Assembly (NCBI GenBank): GCA_000934665.2
Contig: KZ537970.1
Coordinates: forward strand, 62,001 to 126,000
DNA length: 64,000 bases
Direction of reading: 5' to 3'
Source: Catajapyx aquilonaris
Lineage: Eukaryota
Shown here: positions 10,692-25,600 of the stretch, in pieces
Layout of the letters: every line of letters starts with the position of its first letter
Position numbering within the stretch: position 1 is the stretch's first letter
The notes under the pieces: model-generated
Told to the model about the DNA's origin: nothing
The model's input: only the letters and a program-made list of their open reading frames with translations
Database searches by the model: none
Program-made: the position numbers and the translations under genes

Positions 10692-13600
10692 AGGATTTAG
10701 GAGACAAACGAGCGAGTAAGCATTGCATCGGCTTATCCGAGCCTGCAGCAAATAAAGCTTCGGTAGTAATGTCGGACGGTGAAGGGCACGTACGACCTTC
10801 AGCCTTTCCAATAGCAGCATGGCCACAACCACGTTTTCCAAACACAGAATACAGCCCCTCACTTTGGCCTATTGCCCACCAGAGTGCTCTGCAGGGGGAT
10901 CCGCATGGCAACTTATCCCGATTATTTGGCCCGATAACAGCCCCTGACATTGCTTATGATTCACGACCAAGTTGGCATGCGTGTGTATATATATGTACGG
11001 CGATCCTGGGGTTTGGTCCGGTTCCAGGTCAACACACACCCACACATTCAGTAACAAACACTTAGCTCTCACTCAAGCGTGAGAGCCTCTTATGCTGTAG
11101 CGGATTTTTGGCAGACTGCCATGCATTACGTAACGGAAGCTTAGGTGGAAGTCAAAGTCGCAAGGGAAATGCCCACCAAATGCATTCCTGCGCCTCTTTC
11201 GCCTCTTTATTTGCATAAGTACTGCGAAGAAAGGCATAGAGGGCACATTGCTATTGTTGTAACCGACCTATGAAGTACCGGTACTGCATAGCCTCGTATA
11301 CGAACACTTGACACATCAAAATCCATGTTCGCGAGGAGGTGGCGGAAAGATTGGGTTCCTGACAAAAAATTAGCAATTTTACGCTTTAAAATGGTAAACT
11401 GGGATTTTAAGTTGCACTATTTTGACTAGGGGAAAAAACAGTTATGACGTGCCAAATTGCCATGTATGGTTAGCTTAACAGTCGCAAGTGAACAGCGTGG
11501 TAATGGGGCGTAATGTGTTGTAATCATAAAGGCATACTTTCTTGTAATGGATGAATCCCGGCACAAAGCGCACACACTGCAAATGACCTTATTAGTCCGT
11601 TAAACCTAATCCGGATTTACATATGACTCTGCAAGCAATGCCATCTTCACACACAACTGCATGTGGGCAACGAAATTTTTTATATGCAGCACCACAAGTG
11701 AGAGCCAAATTGTTAAAGCGAATTGCAGCACAAATGGCATATAACTTATCTCAAAGTCAAAATCGCAGAGTAATTTTCAAATGGCAATATAACTTACTGC
11801 ACGAACTAACATTATTATGATTCAAACAGAGAGCGGTCTAGTTATCTACCGCTAATTTTAAATAAAATATCAAGAGGGGATACGAGAAGAAAAAACTTCC
11901 AAGCTTTTAAATATTAAAATGAGATCAATTACGAAATTGAAACATTCAGTCAAAAGGTGAAAGTACTACATTTTTCGAAACCGCATAGATAACACATTTG
12001 TCAGAGTCTAAACTATTTAATCGCACAATGAAGATAACTGTCTCATGAAAAGGAGCTTTTCCTTTCCATTGATGATGTAATCCCCTTTGAACAGATCGTA
12101 AAAGTCATCTAATTTCTCCCTGGAATCTCTGTCTTCATGTGTCCACAGAAGATACCAGCAAACAACCTTGAGATCTCCGCATTCCCGGATCGAACAAGAA
12201 GAAAAAAATACTATTCCGACTTCCATCTGAGGATGAATAGAGCTCATTTCAATCCGTTACGCAGGAGATCAGTATATGCCTGCACATCAAAAGCCGCTTG
12301 AAACAAGCGCTTTCCTGAGAAAACGCTTCCCGTCTCCTCGAGGGAAACCGGAAAAAACGGATCTGGAAACGAGTTTGCTGCAAACAACTCTGCCAACTCT
12401 CTTCAAGTTTTCTTTGGGTCGAGTTGGTTCTGGGTCCAAGGCTGCTGGCAAGGCAAAAGCAGTTGACAACTAACTTCTCGACAGAACTGAGAACTGAGCG
12501 ATTAAACTTGCAGCACTTCACTAAATGTCTGCGTAATTGCACCAGAGCACAGGGACAAACGGGGACAGAGTGGGGAAGGAAAAAAAAGTCCGCATAAACG
12601 TAATTGGGAAGCTCTACCAGGGAATGCTTCTCGAAAAATTACTATGGCTGAAGTGAAGAGAAAGGGCGCAACACAATCAGCAGCACGAAAACACTGCCTC
12701 TAACTAAATGTCTACATAATGATGTGGAACAAAGGCTTTCATTCACTTTGGACCGTCTTCTTTATGAATTAAATGGAGCGAGAGAAATAGTTTCAGATAA
12801 GATCATCTGCATTGACATAGATGCTCTTAACCTTTCTTGTGTCTGGCTCTTTGCCTTTTCCAATCTTGTACGTCGTACTACAAAATGAAGAAGAGCTAAA
12901 AATGAAGAATCCGAAAGGTTCCAAATCCCAACTTTTGTTTGCAACCAATTTTAGATGGTGAAATCAGATGAAGGGTGTGGGAAGCAAACTAACACGTTCC
13001 TTCTCCTTCACTATGAACTTTTTACAGAGGACAAAAGAGATGCCTACTCTCGCTTTTCACGGATTCCTGAGCTTCCTCAATTCGCCTTAATCCAACTCAC
13101 TTTTCTCCCCATTTCTATCGAATAAGAAGAGAAAAAACTGGAGGAACGGAGAAAACTTTGCAAATTTCTCGATTAAAAAGAACTCCTCCCCTCCTGCCCC
13201 ACCCCTACACTCACACCCTGCTTTCAGAAATGACTTTTTGAAAGAAAGTTCAGGGCTGGAGCTAAGATGAAATATTACCGTGCAGTTGGAGCGTAATCAA
13301 TGTCATTAGAAACGGACTTGAGACAATGGAGCGCGATGAATTATTTTCATTTTTCTTCCGATGAATTGTGGTGTTCCCTCCCATCCCCTCCCACCAATCA
13401 ATTCAGCTCCAATACTTTCAAGAAATTAAACAATTTAGTTTCCACTACTCCTTATTACTGTTATTAGTAGCTCTAAATAATTAGAAAACTGAAAAAAAAT
13501 CAGGGCGTACTACTAGTATTTACTGCCGGCAAATAAAGGAGAATAAGGGCCGCAATCGGCAAAACTTTGGCAACTGGGTCCAAAAAGTGCAATTCCTTTT

Positions 13601-16600
13601 CTGCGCCGGGAAAACGGCAGACCAAGGGCAATATATTGCTCTCCGCAGCCGTGAATATCCGGATTACGATCGCCGTCTTTAGCTTTTACTGGAGCGCTCC
13701 GTAACTTTTCAGAGGAAAAACTTAGCAGGGTAAGCACGACCTTCAAGAACCATTTATTTTTTTCTACTTCACATTCACCTGTCGAACCGAAAAGAGACAC
13801 TTAACCTCAATCTGAAATTGTCGAGTTATAGAGTCGTTTAAAAAAATAACGATCCTTTAAGCTACGGGCTGATGAGCCATATAATTTGTCAAAAAATTGT
13901 GAATTGCGGTTGCAATGCTTTACACTTTTACAGCAACGCATAGGTCTTAATAATATGTTTTATCTGTGGTAATTTGTGAAGTTATGGCGCAAAACATTAC
14001 AGGAATACAGGTACTCTTCCTTATATTGACTGTTGAAAAACTTCGATGGACTGGCACACACGTAAGTGGTTAACCTCTCCGTTTGTTGACATATAGACCG
14101 ACTGGAGGTCGAGCAAATAAGTTTATAACCTCCGAGGGGACAGCCGACTTCTCTCAGCAAATGTCAAAATACACAGCATGCTTTACTCCACTGTCAGTCC
14201 ATCGCCTTTCTCTCTCCGACTTGTTGTTGGTTCATTTGGGTTCTGGCCCAGGATAGCTTTATCGGCGCCGCACCAATCATGATCAAGCAATGAGGGAAAG
14301 AAACTGAGTACGATCTTATTTGACGCAAATAAATTGTTTCCCGCAAAAAAATACTACTCCATTTTCCTCCCATTTTAAAAGCTCGGGAAATAACCACAAA
14401 TCTCCTTTTTTTGTTCGTAAAGTAAAGAAAGAGATCACGTGACTCCTTTCACTAGGGTACCATTAGTCAAGCACTATAAGCGAGAAACATTTCCACATTT
14501 CCGGGAAAGGTCCCTCGGATACAGATTATGGTACGGTAATCAACACAAACCTCCTATCTCTTTACTCTGGTTGCGCAACAAAACGCCTCATCTGGGAATT
14601 TCCACTGCATGTCACATTTTACACCTTGCCTACACAGCTTTTACAAAAATACGCCCTTGAAAAGAATTTCCAGCGGTCGCATACAAGCGACGCACATTTT
14701 CAGCCATAGAAAGCGCCCTAAAATTAATGTCCTAATTTGATGGCCATAGCCGTGGACAAAGGTATGCATGGCCTGGGACCGGTTCTCCTCTCATCTCCTC
14801 TCATCACATATCATCTGAAACCTCTTGTCCCTCCAGCATCACCCCGCCGAAAAGAGGAATAGTTGGCGGCATTAAACGAGAGCCGTAGACCCCCAGCAAG
14901 GTGCACAAAACTAATTAATGAATACCCATGAATTAAACAGAAAAGTGTTTGGATATGGAAATGACCTCACTCGTAAATGACAGCCGCCGTGTAATATAAC
15001 GAGCTGTTTCTCCAGGCGGTGGCCAGACACGACAATGTTTTTTTTTGGCCTCTCATAATATAGGCATGATGGCTACTTCCTCGATACGTCAAGTCTCTTT
15101 TGACCATATCCAAAGCTGGGCCACACACTCAAAAGGAGCGCTAACGATGGTGCTGGTATTCCGTTAATTAAAATCCTTCCCCGCGTTATTAAACTCTTCT
15201 TGCACGCAAGTTGCTGGTTGTTCCAAATTGGACATTTATTTGCTTTCAAGTGGCAAAGTTGGAGATGAAGGACGGCCACGTATTTTGGACCGCCATTGAG
15301 GCCATTGCATAGAGAGTTGGGGGATGTATTTATCGTTAAATTAAAAAGCTGGGGTGTGATTACTCTGGCAATAAATCGTGGGGTACAATGCCCCGGATTC
15401 AATGAGTAAGTTACTACGTGGGCGGGGAAAGCATTTCATATTGTTGGTTACATCCGCTGCATATATATGCAAAAAAAAAACTTTGGGGAGTGAAAAATAA
15501 TGGTAATCGTTTTATTCCAACATGATCAACAGGCGATGTCATCGGCTTTGAGCATTAATTTGGGTGATGCATGCTATGGCAAGTGACGTATTGGATTAAA
15601 AATTGTACATGGCCGCCAAAAAATTCGCAATCAATAAATGACACTCAGAGAAGTAGACGAGGGACATTAACCAGCGAACTGTTAAGTAACCATTATGGGC
15701 AATGATACTTTGTCCCAGACACTTGAAGTCATCCTGGCTTTTATGCAGCCTCATCCTTGTCACACGAGCGGTATAATCCACAGGCGCAAAACGAACATGG
15801 TTTGCAACGAGGCACGGGTTGCATTAAACTACGTAACTTATGCGGCAATATTTGGTATTTAAAAGAGAAGGCCTGTACTACAGGTTCCGAATGCACATTA
15901 TTTCCACGATAATGCTTACAGCAGCATGAAACTGTAGAATGAGAGCTGTTATATTGGACGGACGGGTTGCAGGTTTATTCCTATTTTCTGAGGTTTACAG
16001 GCCTCACTAATGCAGTAATCTGATAATTTCTAATGTCTCGCATTACGCCCACCTGAGGGGCGCAGTTGGCCCACGATGTGCCTATTGCACACCCTGCTTC
16101 CAGCGTCTACAATTACCTATGCAAAATGATTTTAAATGATTGCAGAATTTGCATACGTAGACTACCGGTTGGAATCAAACAATGAATGCAATCCTCCATC
16201 AAACTAATGGAGTATACACATCACTCTGCGTTTATCTCACTATCGAAAGGTGATGAATACTGGTTGAAAGCTGAAGATACTGGTCACAAAAGAGCAACAA
16301 GAATGCAGTGGGCCAGGAGTGGACGTGTCCCTGAAGGCTTATACCTCCGGATATCTGAAAAGTGGGTGGGGTTTGGCTGGAAAGAGGGTGGGTAGGGAGA
16401 AAAAATCAATCCGTGCCCTGGAGAGAAGACATGTAAAGACGCGAGGCCTCACACCGTTGCGTTGCCTTGAAAAGGATGGGTCCCTAAAGAGTAGTGGGCC
16501 AGGACTGCTCCTTGTAGCGAGAAAAACGGATCACCTCTTTCGCACTCAACTCCTAAAATCCGGCCCTACATCTTCAAGGCAGCCTAGTCCGCATGCATTC

Positions 16601-19600
16601 ATACTTTTCTTGACAACAACACTGCTCACTTTGGCTGCTGGTATCAGAGATGTCCACACAATCTGCATTACTGTGTATGCTGTATGACAATATTTCAGCA
16701 ATTCTGGCACAATATTGCGGACTACGTACACGAAAATTGTATAATATTGATACAAAGCACAGCCTTTTGAACAACATGCAGTTCACACCTCTGCAGAGCT
16801 AACATATGGCGCTTGGTACGAACAATACCTCCGACGAACAAAAGACTCTTCGGTAATTCCTAGACGCATGCCGGTCTCAAAAACTTTACAGCATGCTACT
16901 CTTGCATTCACGTCACGGCCAGTGCAGGCGTGAGATGAAACGTTTCATCAAGGGGTATACAACCAGGTGTTACTTCCATCTCCTTCACTTATCTCCTGGG
17001 AAACTTCGTTTGAGCGTTATGTGACTGCTGCCTACTTTCTCACCGGGGCCGAGCTGCAAAAGCCCGCCAGTTTCTGCCGCTCCCCACTAACTCAATTTTG
17101 ACAAACTGCAGCTTATTTCGTGTTGCTCTTGGGGGCGCACCCCCCTCCGCGAATTCTTCAGATGACTGCGTGCGTGTTTGCTTGTTTGTTTGTACACCGC
17201 AAAAACCCTTCCGCACCTTGGACCCTGCCGGAATGTTAAGAATTCCTTAAATTGGTCCAAAAAAAACTGGCTGGAGGAAGCCTCGTGAGATATAAGGGTA
17301 GCTTCGGGTGCCAAATGAAAACAAATGCAATTTACTTTCTGGGTATGCAGAGTGAAAGAGTGGGCTCCATTTTTCTCCTGCCTCTCGCATATTGAATTTC
17401 GGCAAACAAGAAGCTCAAAATGGATGGGCCAGGAGGATACATTGCTCGGAACCGGTTCTATTTGACATCGTCCATTCCGTCTTACAACCAGAATGCGATT
17501 ACCCCCAATTCAGAGTGACTAGCTGATTTCATCACAATCAACAAATTCCCCCTCCGCAGTTTGCAGTGTGGTTCGTTGGGCACTGAAGCCCTCACTGAAT
17601 CTATAGACATCAACCTCATTATTTTGTGGACGAGAATTTTTGTGTTAAGCAAACTTTCCGGCATTGCAGTATTACACTAGCAAGGAACCTAATTAATATT
17701 CCACGCATACATGGACCTAGCGCCAGATATATTTTTTCTACGACATCGTAACATATGGAACATGTAGTTCAAGTGCACATTACCCCGTTTTATTGGTTGT
17801 CGCCACGACGACCCAAAATAAAGCAATAAAATGACTGCCCCTGCAGCAGTAGCTCTGCTGGATTTTTTGGGATCTTATAGGCGAATGGAGATTTCTCGGG
17901 GGCAAAAAAAAGTGTCAGCCTGGAAGTCTGATGAAACGACAAAATATTCGAAAATCGATCTGGACATTTCTTTCCCATTTCCAAGTCTTGTAGTTCCCTG
18001 CTGCAGTTGAACTGCGCGGATAAAGCAGACCGACGGGCGCGACGCAACATAGTTTATACAGTATATGCTATTAGGGCAAGTTGACTTTCCGCTCCCAACA
18101 TTATGTGCTAAAAACACACTGTACTAGTAACTATTAAAATGGTCTATCAGCCGTGTGCACATTGCGCCACGTCGCAGATCTGCAAGTATAATGATCATCG
18201 GAATCCTATCCAGCATGGGCATTGTGAGCCAAACTTATAAACGTGGGGCGGAGCCGAAGCTTGAATTTACTCACATTCAGTGCACTTTGTTCCGCGCACA
18301 AAATGATCGGGTCCAGTAATTGTCATGCGCAAATGTGGAATTTATAATTAATCCCCCTAAAGTCCGGCCTGAAAAGCTTCATTATCCTATACCAATCGTT
18401 CGCACAGCCGTAACATTATTTCATTCCTTCCGTGCGTTTCGGACCAACCCATGCTCCAGTAATAAAAAACTAAGCTTTAAACCATAACAACTATTTCAAA
18501 TTCAATGAACAATAAAACCCGGGTAATGAATGTGCCAGGCAGAGTTATGGCATAACACGACGCTTTAAAAGCTCCATCATGACGAGATGGAAAAGGTACA
18601 GGAAATGAAAGTATGGAGTATCCCTCTCTGCAGCATCGTGCGTGAGTTGACTGGCGTCTTCGCTGTAAACTTTAACATGCCCTTAAAATAAAGAGGGGGC
18701 CACCAGCCACTATCTGCGAGACAGACTTTATGAACGACGATCCTGAAATTAACCGCCGCCATAATCCAGACCCTGTGATGAAGGACGTGGTGCTTGAGGA
18801 GTTCATACCGAGCCAACTAATGAGCCCCTTTTGTTAGTGGCCAACAATACAGAGAGGTACAAGTCATCAACCCAAATAAGCATCATCATGCTGGACTATA
18901 GGATGGCGATCAACACATTTTTTACGACAACAACAAACGAGCTCTTCCGTCCAAAAAGTACCAAATGAAATTTGAAAAGAGGGTTCATATGACAGCTCTC
19001 CCTTGACTGGGAGGCTTTAAATAGTTTCTATTAGCACCGGTGTTGTTAAGGGTGAGAAAAATGGGAGGTAGCTTGAATCGAGATCATGAAGCCTGGTCTC
19101 CCTGGAGGCGAGTCAATATTTGTGCTGCCTGATTGCGGGCGAAGAAGCGGCTCTCCAAGGATTTTCCATCGCAGTATAGAAATGGGTGCTCACTCCTTCT
19201 AGGATTCACTCGAAATAGGTTGCGAGGTGTGAAAATGCTTCTAACTTTTTTTTATCTCTCCATCGTCCTCAGCATCACGTGGTGGCTCATCCAGACCCAC
19301 CTTATGAATTGCAATGAAGGATGGAAAGAGACATTTATTTTATCCAATTCGTCCCAGCCGCTTTCGGTTCGGAAAACACATTTGTCTTGAGCCTAGCACT
19401 GCCATCGGAATAAATGAGGCGGAAACACTCCACAATTTATTAATTTTTTCCCCGCACTATTCCTCTCCGCAATACCTATACGAATAAGCACGACCGAGAA
19501 GCACAGAAATAGGTTTCGCTGAAAGACAAGGAATTCCCATCACAAGACACAGTAAAATGTTAACATGGTACACGAGAAGGGCATTAAGGGTCCTGCTGCA

Positions 19601-22600
19601 CTTGACTTTTTTTTTCGAGATTCTTTATTAAAAAGTTGGAGTTCCAACTATTCCACCAGGCCCGTGAACGCATTAATTTTTATTATTATGGCAGGAAGCA
19701 TACTGGTGAAAATGTGACAATGATCGCGGGATGATCGATCTTGCCAAAAATGGCCGCAAAAAAAAAAATCATTTCATTTCGTCAGCGGACATTCAAGTGC
19801 TGTTGCTGCACTGTTCCTTTCCCCCCATTGTATTGATCATTCCCCACCCGCTTTTTTTTGTATCCACCAATTGGTCCAATTGGCGTAAATTAACTCTCCG
19901 GAACTGTTTGTCCCCTTGAAGTCGAGCGGAAACGCGATTCTCCTGCAAAAGACTGATTGGAAAGGGTATATTTCGTGAGCCCTTACGAACCCCCTCCCCG
20001 TTGAAAAAAAAGCGGCGGGACCGAAAAAGAGTTGCTGAAAAGTAGCTGCAATCATCAACCGATGGTTTCGGACAGCTCCCATTCCATCACAGGAAAAACC
20101 GGAACGCAGTGCCAATAACATTTTCAATAAAGCGATAGAGGTTATCCCAGCGCGATATTTCACCTAAATGGCTAGGACAAAAAAAATGGAAAAAATGGCA
20201 GCCCCTGCGTTTAAGATGAAAAACTGCTCCTTCCGAGTTATCCGACTGCCTTTATCTTGTATCTGCCGTGTTCAACACAGCATCCAGTAGACTAATGAAA
20301 AGTCTTCCACCACACCCTATTCCTCAGTCGGCTTTTAATTAAATTAAGAGAATGCAGTAGGAATCAATGCCGGAGACGCCCAACAAATCCTCAAGTTTGG
20401 CGAAAACTCTGAGCCACGGTATGCGCCTGGCGGGCTCTGTTGCTCGAAGAAGAAAAAAGGTGGAGTCAACAAGGATATTAATTCCCCTTGCCTCCTTTTC
20501 ATCTCATACCTTCAGCAAACTCGGACGCATTCCCTGAGCAAATACATGGACCGTTTTTTTCCTCCTCTCTCTAATTTTCTTTGACGCTGTAGCAAATGCG
20601 TATGCTGCAGGCTATACAAATACTGTATGTAATTGTGCCAAAAATGCAATCTAGGATGGATGAAGAAAAACGAGGCATGTTATAACACTTGCTGGAGTAG
20701 GCGAACACAAATATATACATTATGAAAATTTTTAGCTTTGAAAACTTGAGTGTTTTAATTGCACACAATTTTGACATAGTCTACACTTATTGGGTAAAAT
20801 ATGCCATAACGAATATGCGGAAGGTCAATTATTACCAACATTCACAACGAGCACACTTTAGCATATAGCTCTATAGTAAATGAAAAAATGATCCTGTGTC
20901 AAGTTTTTAAAGCTGCTGGTTCTCAGCGTCGGTGCTCATACCAGTATTATCTATCTGGAAGCGCACATTAATTAGCAAAACGAAAAACTGGCGGGTAAAA
21001 CCACTACATATAGGAGAACGCTATACAGTTTTGTATGCTATTAAAAATTACGTCATTATGAATAAGTTGCCTCTTGACGTTGAATGTTTCATCTGAGGCT
21101 TTTGATATTTCCAGTAGTCGCATTATTTTTTCAATGATAGCATAAGGCTGACAGATCATTTCCGGAGTACCTACAGGGGGGGAAAATGTATGTGAAAAAA
21201 ACTAATGGCTACCCCACCGTACGAAAACACGAACCCTACTGATGAAAAAAAGAGAACCTGCGGGGTTCCGAAGTCAAATATTCGCAATGACATGGAGGTT
21301 CTCTCCGTTCATACCCCCTCCCACCATCGAATCCGGAACCACCCAACTGCGGTTCAAATGCAGCGAAGGCCGGCCTTATTTGCATGCAAGAGAGAAAATC
21401 TTTTTTGGTGGGAGGGACGATCCAGGGATAGTTGATGGGACACAAACACTGCACACGTGACTGCCAGGCCTGGGCGACTAATTTATTTTGCTTTGCCGCA
21501 CACGTCCGTACACAGGTCCCAGGCAGCTCCAAGTGCCGCACACACAATCAAACATTGCTCTGCCAACCAATTTGTCTCTCACAGGCGCACCTCCACGATG
21601 CACCTGCATGTACATTGTACAATATGCGTCCCTGGCTGCCTCAACCACATGTACTGACCATGTAGTGCACACATGCATGACGATTAGCGCGATCATTCGC
21701 TTTGTGACGGGTAGAAAACGCATCATGCTCTCAAAGGTCTCCATTACTATGTGCAACTGATGTGCAATGTATCATAATTCAATGTATAGGCCTAATTATT
21801 ATCACACATATCCTTGTTCATAGTACCCTTACTCAAATGAGTGTTTCTCCACCAGATTATTGACGCTTTGACGTACGAGTACACAACCACTTTTTTGAAA
21901 CGAAAATGCGGGATAAAACAGTGGGAATAACGAATAAGGCAGAAAAGCTTGTTCACCTTCCATGGAAAGTACTTTTTCCCCCCGCAAACTTCCTTTGGAT
22001 TGCCGTTTCTAGAAAATTGCCGTTTTTACTGGCTCCGAGATTATTACTAATGGGTGTCGCGAGAGACAGATAGCGGCAGCAAGAATTTTGGACTTTTATC
22101 GCGTTGATTTATGCACCGAATTATAGCGTGGCATTTGAAACTAAAGAGCCCCAAAGTAGTGTACGTTGCGCACAGTAACAGAGCTATAAACAACAACGGT
22201 ATTTCTCGTAATTCGTTTCAGCAGCCTGGCAATGGAAGTGCTCGGAGTGCATATGCAGCTGCAGAATAAACATGCCCAAATACCAGATATATGTTCGACC
22301 TTCTGGGAGATTGTAAATGGATGGCTCGATATTTCTATTTGATACATTATGCACTGTACCGTAGAAATATACCTATACATTAAACTGCCAGTGCTTTTTA
22401 AATTGCAAATCGAGTCCAGAGAAAACATTTCAATTACTCACAAATGGAACACACAATTCTGACTTTAGTCCAATAATAGCCAATTAGGTATATAACTATA
22501 TATCTAATGGCTGCATGTTGGTTTATGCAAGAACCTAATTAAAACTTGTTGGCAATACCTTCAAAGCATACATAAATTAAACAATCAATCTACCCGGTAA

Positions 22601-25600
22601 GCAAAGACCGGGAGAAAAACCCTTTAGTGAAAAAATGCTCAAAGGCTACATCCGCAGCGTCATATAAAGTTAATTAGGACATCCATCATTCACCTATCAA
22701 TTTTAAAACGTTAATAATAATGACTACCATTCATCCTGGACTGGTATAGATATGCTGAACGCATTTCATGTCAAACAATTTGGCAATATTTAGATCAATA
22801 AGTGTGATGGGTGTTATCGGCTAAAGGACACCCAATAGTGTGATTTTAAATACTTTGCTTGCCATACGGAGCAGAAATCTTCTTACCTCCCTGTAGAAAT
22901 GACAGTGTGAGATAATCGATAAGATAAAAACATCATTCTTCGTTACGTTTAACCTAGGAATAGGATGAAAATGCTGGCCTAGTGCCAACAAAAAGAGCTG
23001 CAAGTGCTACAAATTGGTGTTTATTAAGTAAGCGGGTTAGTATAAATTTAAATATTTTATTAACTTATACTCTCGTCTTCATGAGGTCCTTAGTTTAGGT
23101 TATCTGCGAAATGAGCAATTTTACTTCGTAACCGCTAGTATCCTGATTTTTCTGAAAAATGCCCATTACACTGTTGAAATTTTTATTGTTTAAGAAAATA
23201 ATGTGACTCCCACAGGGTACTGTACGTCAACTAAAGAGATAAAGAAAAAACAACTGCGTCACAAGTCTTGCACGAACATTATCTTACTCGCAGAATTGAT
23301 GATCCTATACTAAAACATGCCACACTGTTATGCCTACACGTAATCCTGAAAAATGATAATTATAAATCAACGTGGATAATAATAGAAAGAGAATGCTGTA
23401 TGTTTTTCCATTGCCCGATTGTTGGCATAGATCGTGCCTGAAACTTCCGGTGTGAATAAATAAAATGCTCCTAGCCCACAAACTAAGAGTGTCTTGCAGC
23501 TATTATTACATCAAGAGCTCCCTCTCTTCACCAAATGTTTGCCTGAACGTAACTCCTCCGACCACGTGAATAATTCCACATGCATTACACTATAGGTGTC
23601 AAAGGTGCTCTTAAAAGTTAATTGGACGTTTTCTCCGGAGCACTGTGGGCGTGAAGTCACACAGTGCACAAGGAGCGTGATTTAATCCCTTTATGAGTTC
23701 TTAATGATGCCATCTCAACGCTTTCCTAAGGTCATCAACGAAGAGAGAATTTACGATGTTTAGAAGCAGGTTCCTCCTCCATTTGTCGGGCCAGAGGAAA
23801 TGAAAGCACCCGTTTCTGTCAGGTTGCTGGAAATCCTTAATTTCCCCAACTAACTGAGAGAACTCACACCCTTCTCCCATTTCCACATTTACCCAGCCTC
23901 AATATTCCAGTTAGGGGTAGGGGGGCAGAGAAAATAAGCGGTATCTCCAGCTGGCTCCGTACCCATTATTACCACCTTCGACTGGTACAAATTGCGGGTT
24001 TCAAGGGGAGCCGGAAGCCATTACTTGGGGAGCTTTCGAATGGTTCCCATTTCCCCCCCAGACCGGCTGCAGCCAGCTATAGGCCAGACTTCATTTATAT
24101 CAAGTTTCATATTCGCAAGCGAGACGCATTGTGTCGCTTTCGCCGATTCCTAAAGAAATTACTCACAAAATAACAGTCGGCAATAATTTTGCTTGGCATT
24201 CAATAAGGAGCAACATGCTTTGATTATACAATCGTTTCGATTTGGCGGGGAAATGGCATTCAGAAACTTTTACAGCTACTAAACTGACGGGCCAGCTCGG
24301 AGAGACCTAGTTATAGTTGATACTCTTTATGTGCTGGCAAAAGGTACATAAAAAGGTAGTTAAGTTCTGTGAAAATAACAAATAAACGGCGCCACAATTT
24401 GAAAGCTGGCGATCAATTTCACACGTTGCGGGGGTGACAACCGTATCCTGGCATAACAAAACCTATATGACGTGCTACTTAAAACCTGTTTCATTATGGG
24501 TTTATGGCAGGTTTTAAACAATTTAGGGCAGGTTAGTCAGCGAAATAGTAATAATGGGGGCCACCATTCTGTCAGGGAGAAAACATTTGGCGCATTTGGA
24601 ACGCTTCGTGCTGTATTGGCCTAACGTACATTTTCCAGGGCAGGTCGTAAATTATTTTAGGATATGCATTTTTATTATCAGTCATACGATTCGGTTATAA
24701 CCTGCTCTGTTGCACAGTATTGGACCGTCACTGTCTTGATCATTGTAGATATACTGTGTAGCGCACACCGTCGAATCACAACAAAAGGGCCCCCGCTTCG
24801 AGTGAAGCTGTTACTGCTGAGTTCAAAAATCAATTTCACTCATTGTTGGAACGACTGTTTTATGCATGTAGGCGTACTCTCTCGAGTCAGTAACCAAAGC
24901 CGCAGAGTGAATACATGCTCTGAATACCGAAAACCCAGCGGCATAATAATACACGGTTCTATATTCTCATGTACATGAGTTGATTTTTTGTGCTTCTACT
25001 ATTTTATAGAAGAATGTGTTCAAGCATGCGATAGATCAGGTTTGAATTAGATACATGTAGGCTGATATTGCCATCATGCGGTATGATTGTCATAAGGAAC
25101 CCGCTCTGAAATAAGCAGATTTTGATCAACATAAGTTTACTTGTGGCGCCTGAAGTAAAATATTCACGAATAATCAAGTAAGATTGACACTGAGTCTACA
25201 GTTGCTGGAGTAATCAACTAACTTTCTCCAACATTCTGGTACCTATATAGCCAACTTACAATGACAAGAACTGGTGTAACTCAAAAGGTCACAGGATGAA
25301 CCATGGCAGAGGTCACACCCATAACTCTACATAAATTAACATGACGGACAATGCAAAAACTTTTCCAATTTTGGGGAGCAACATAGCCGACCCTATTTCA
25401 GTGCGTTGCAACCGCGTCAGAGCAGACGACTCTAACGAGTCCCCGTCCAAACTTGGCAAAACTGTCGATTCCCCCCCTCTCCCCATCCATCCCCGCAAAA
25501 AGAAAAATCCAGGCTTTATGCGGCAAATCCGAATTTACAAGTGTACTCAGGTCCATTTTCAGGACGGAAGCGGGATTTTGGTAACGAATGCAAAATCGGA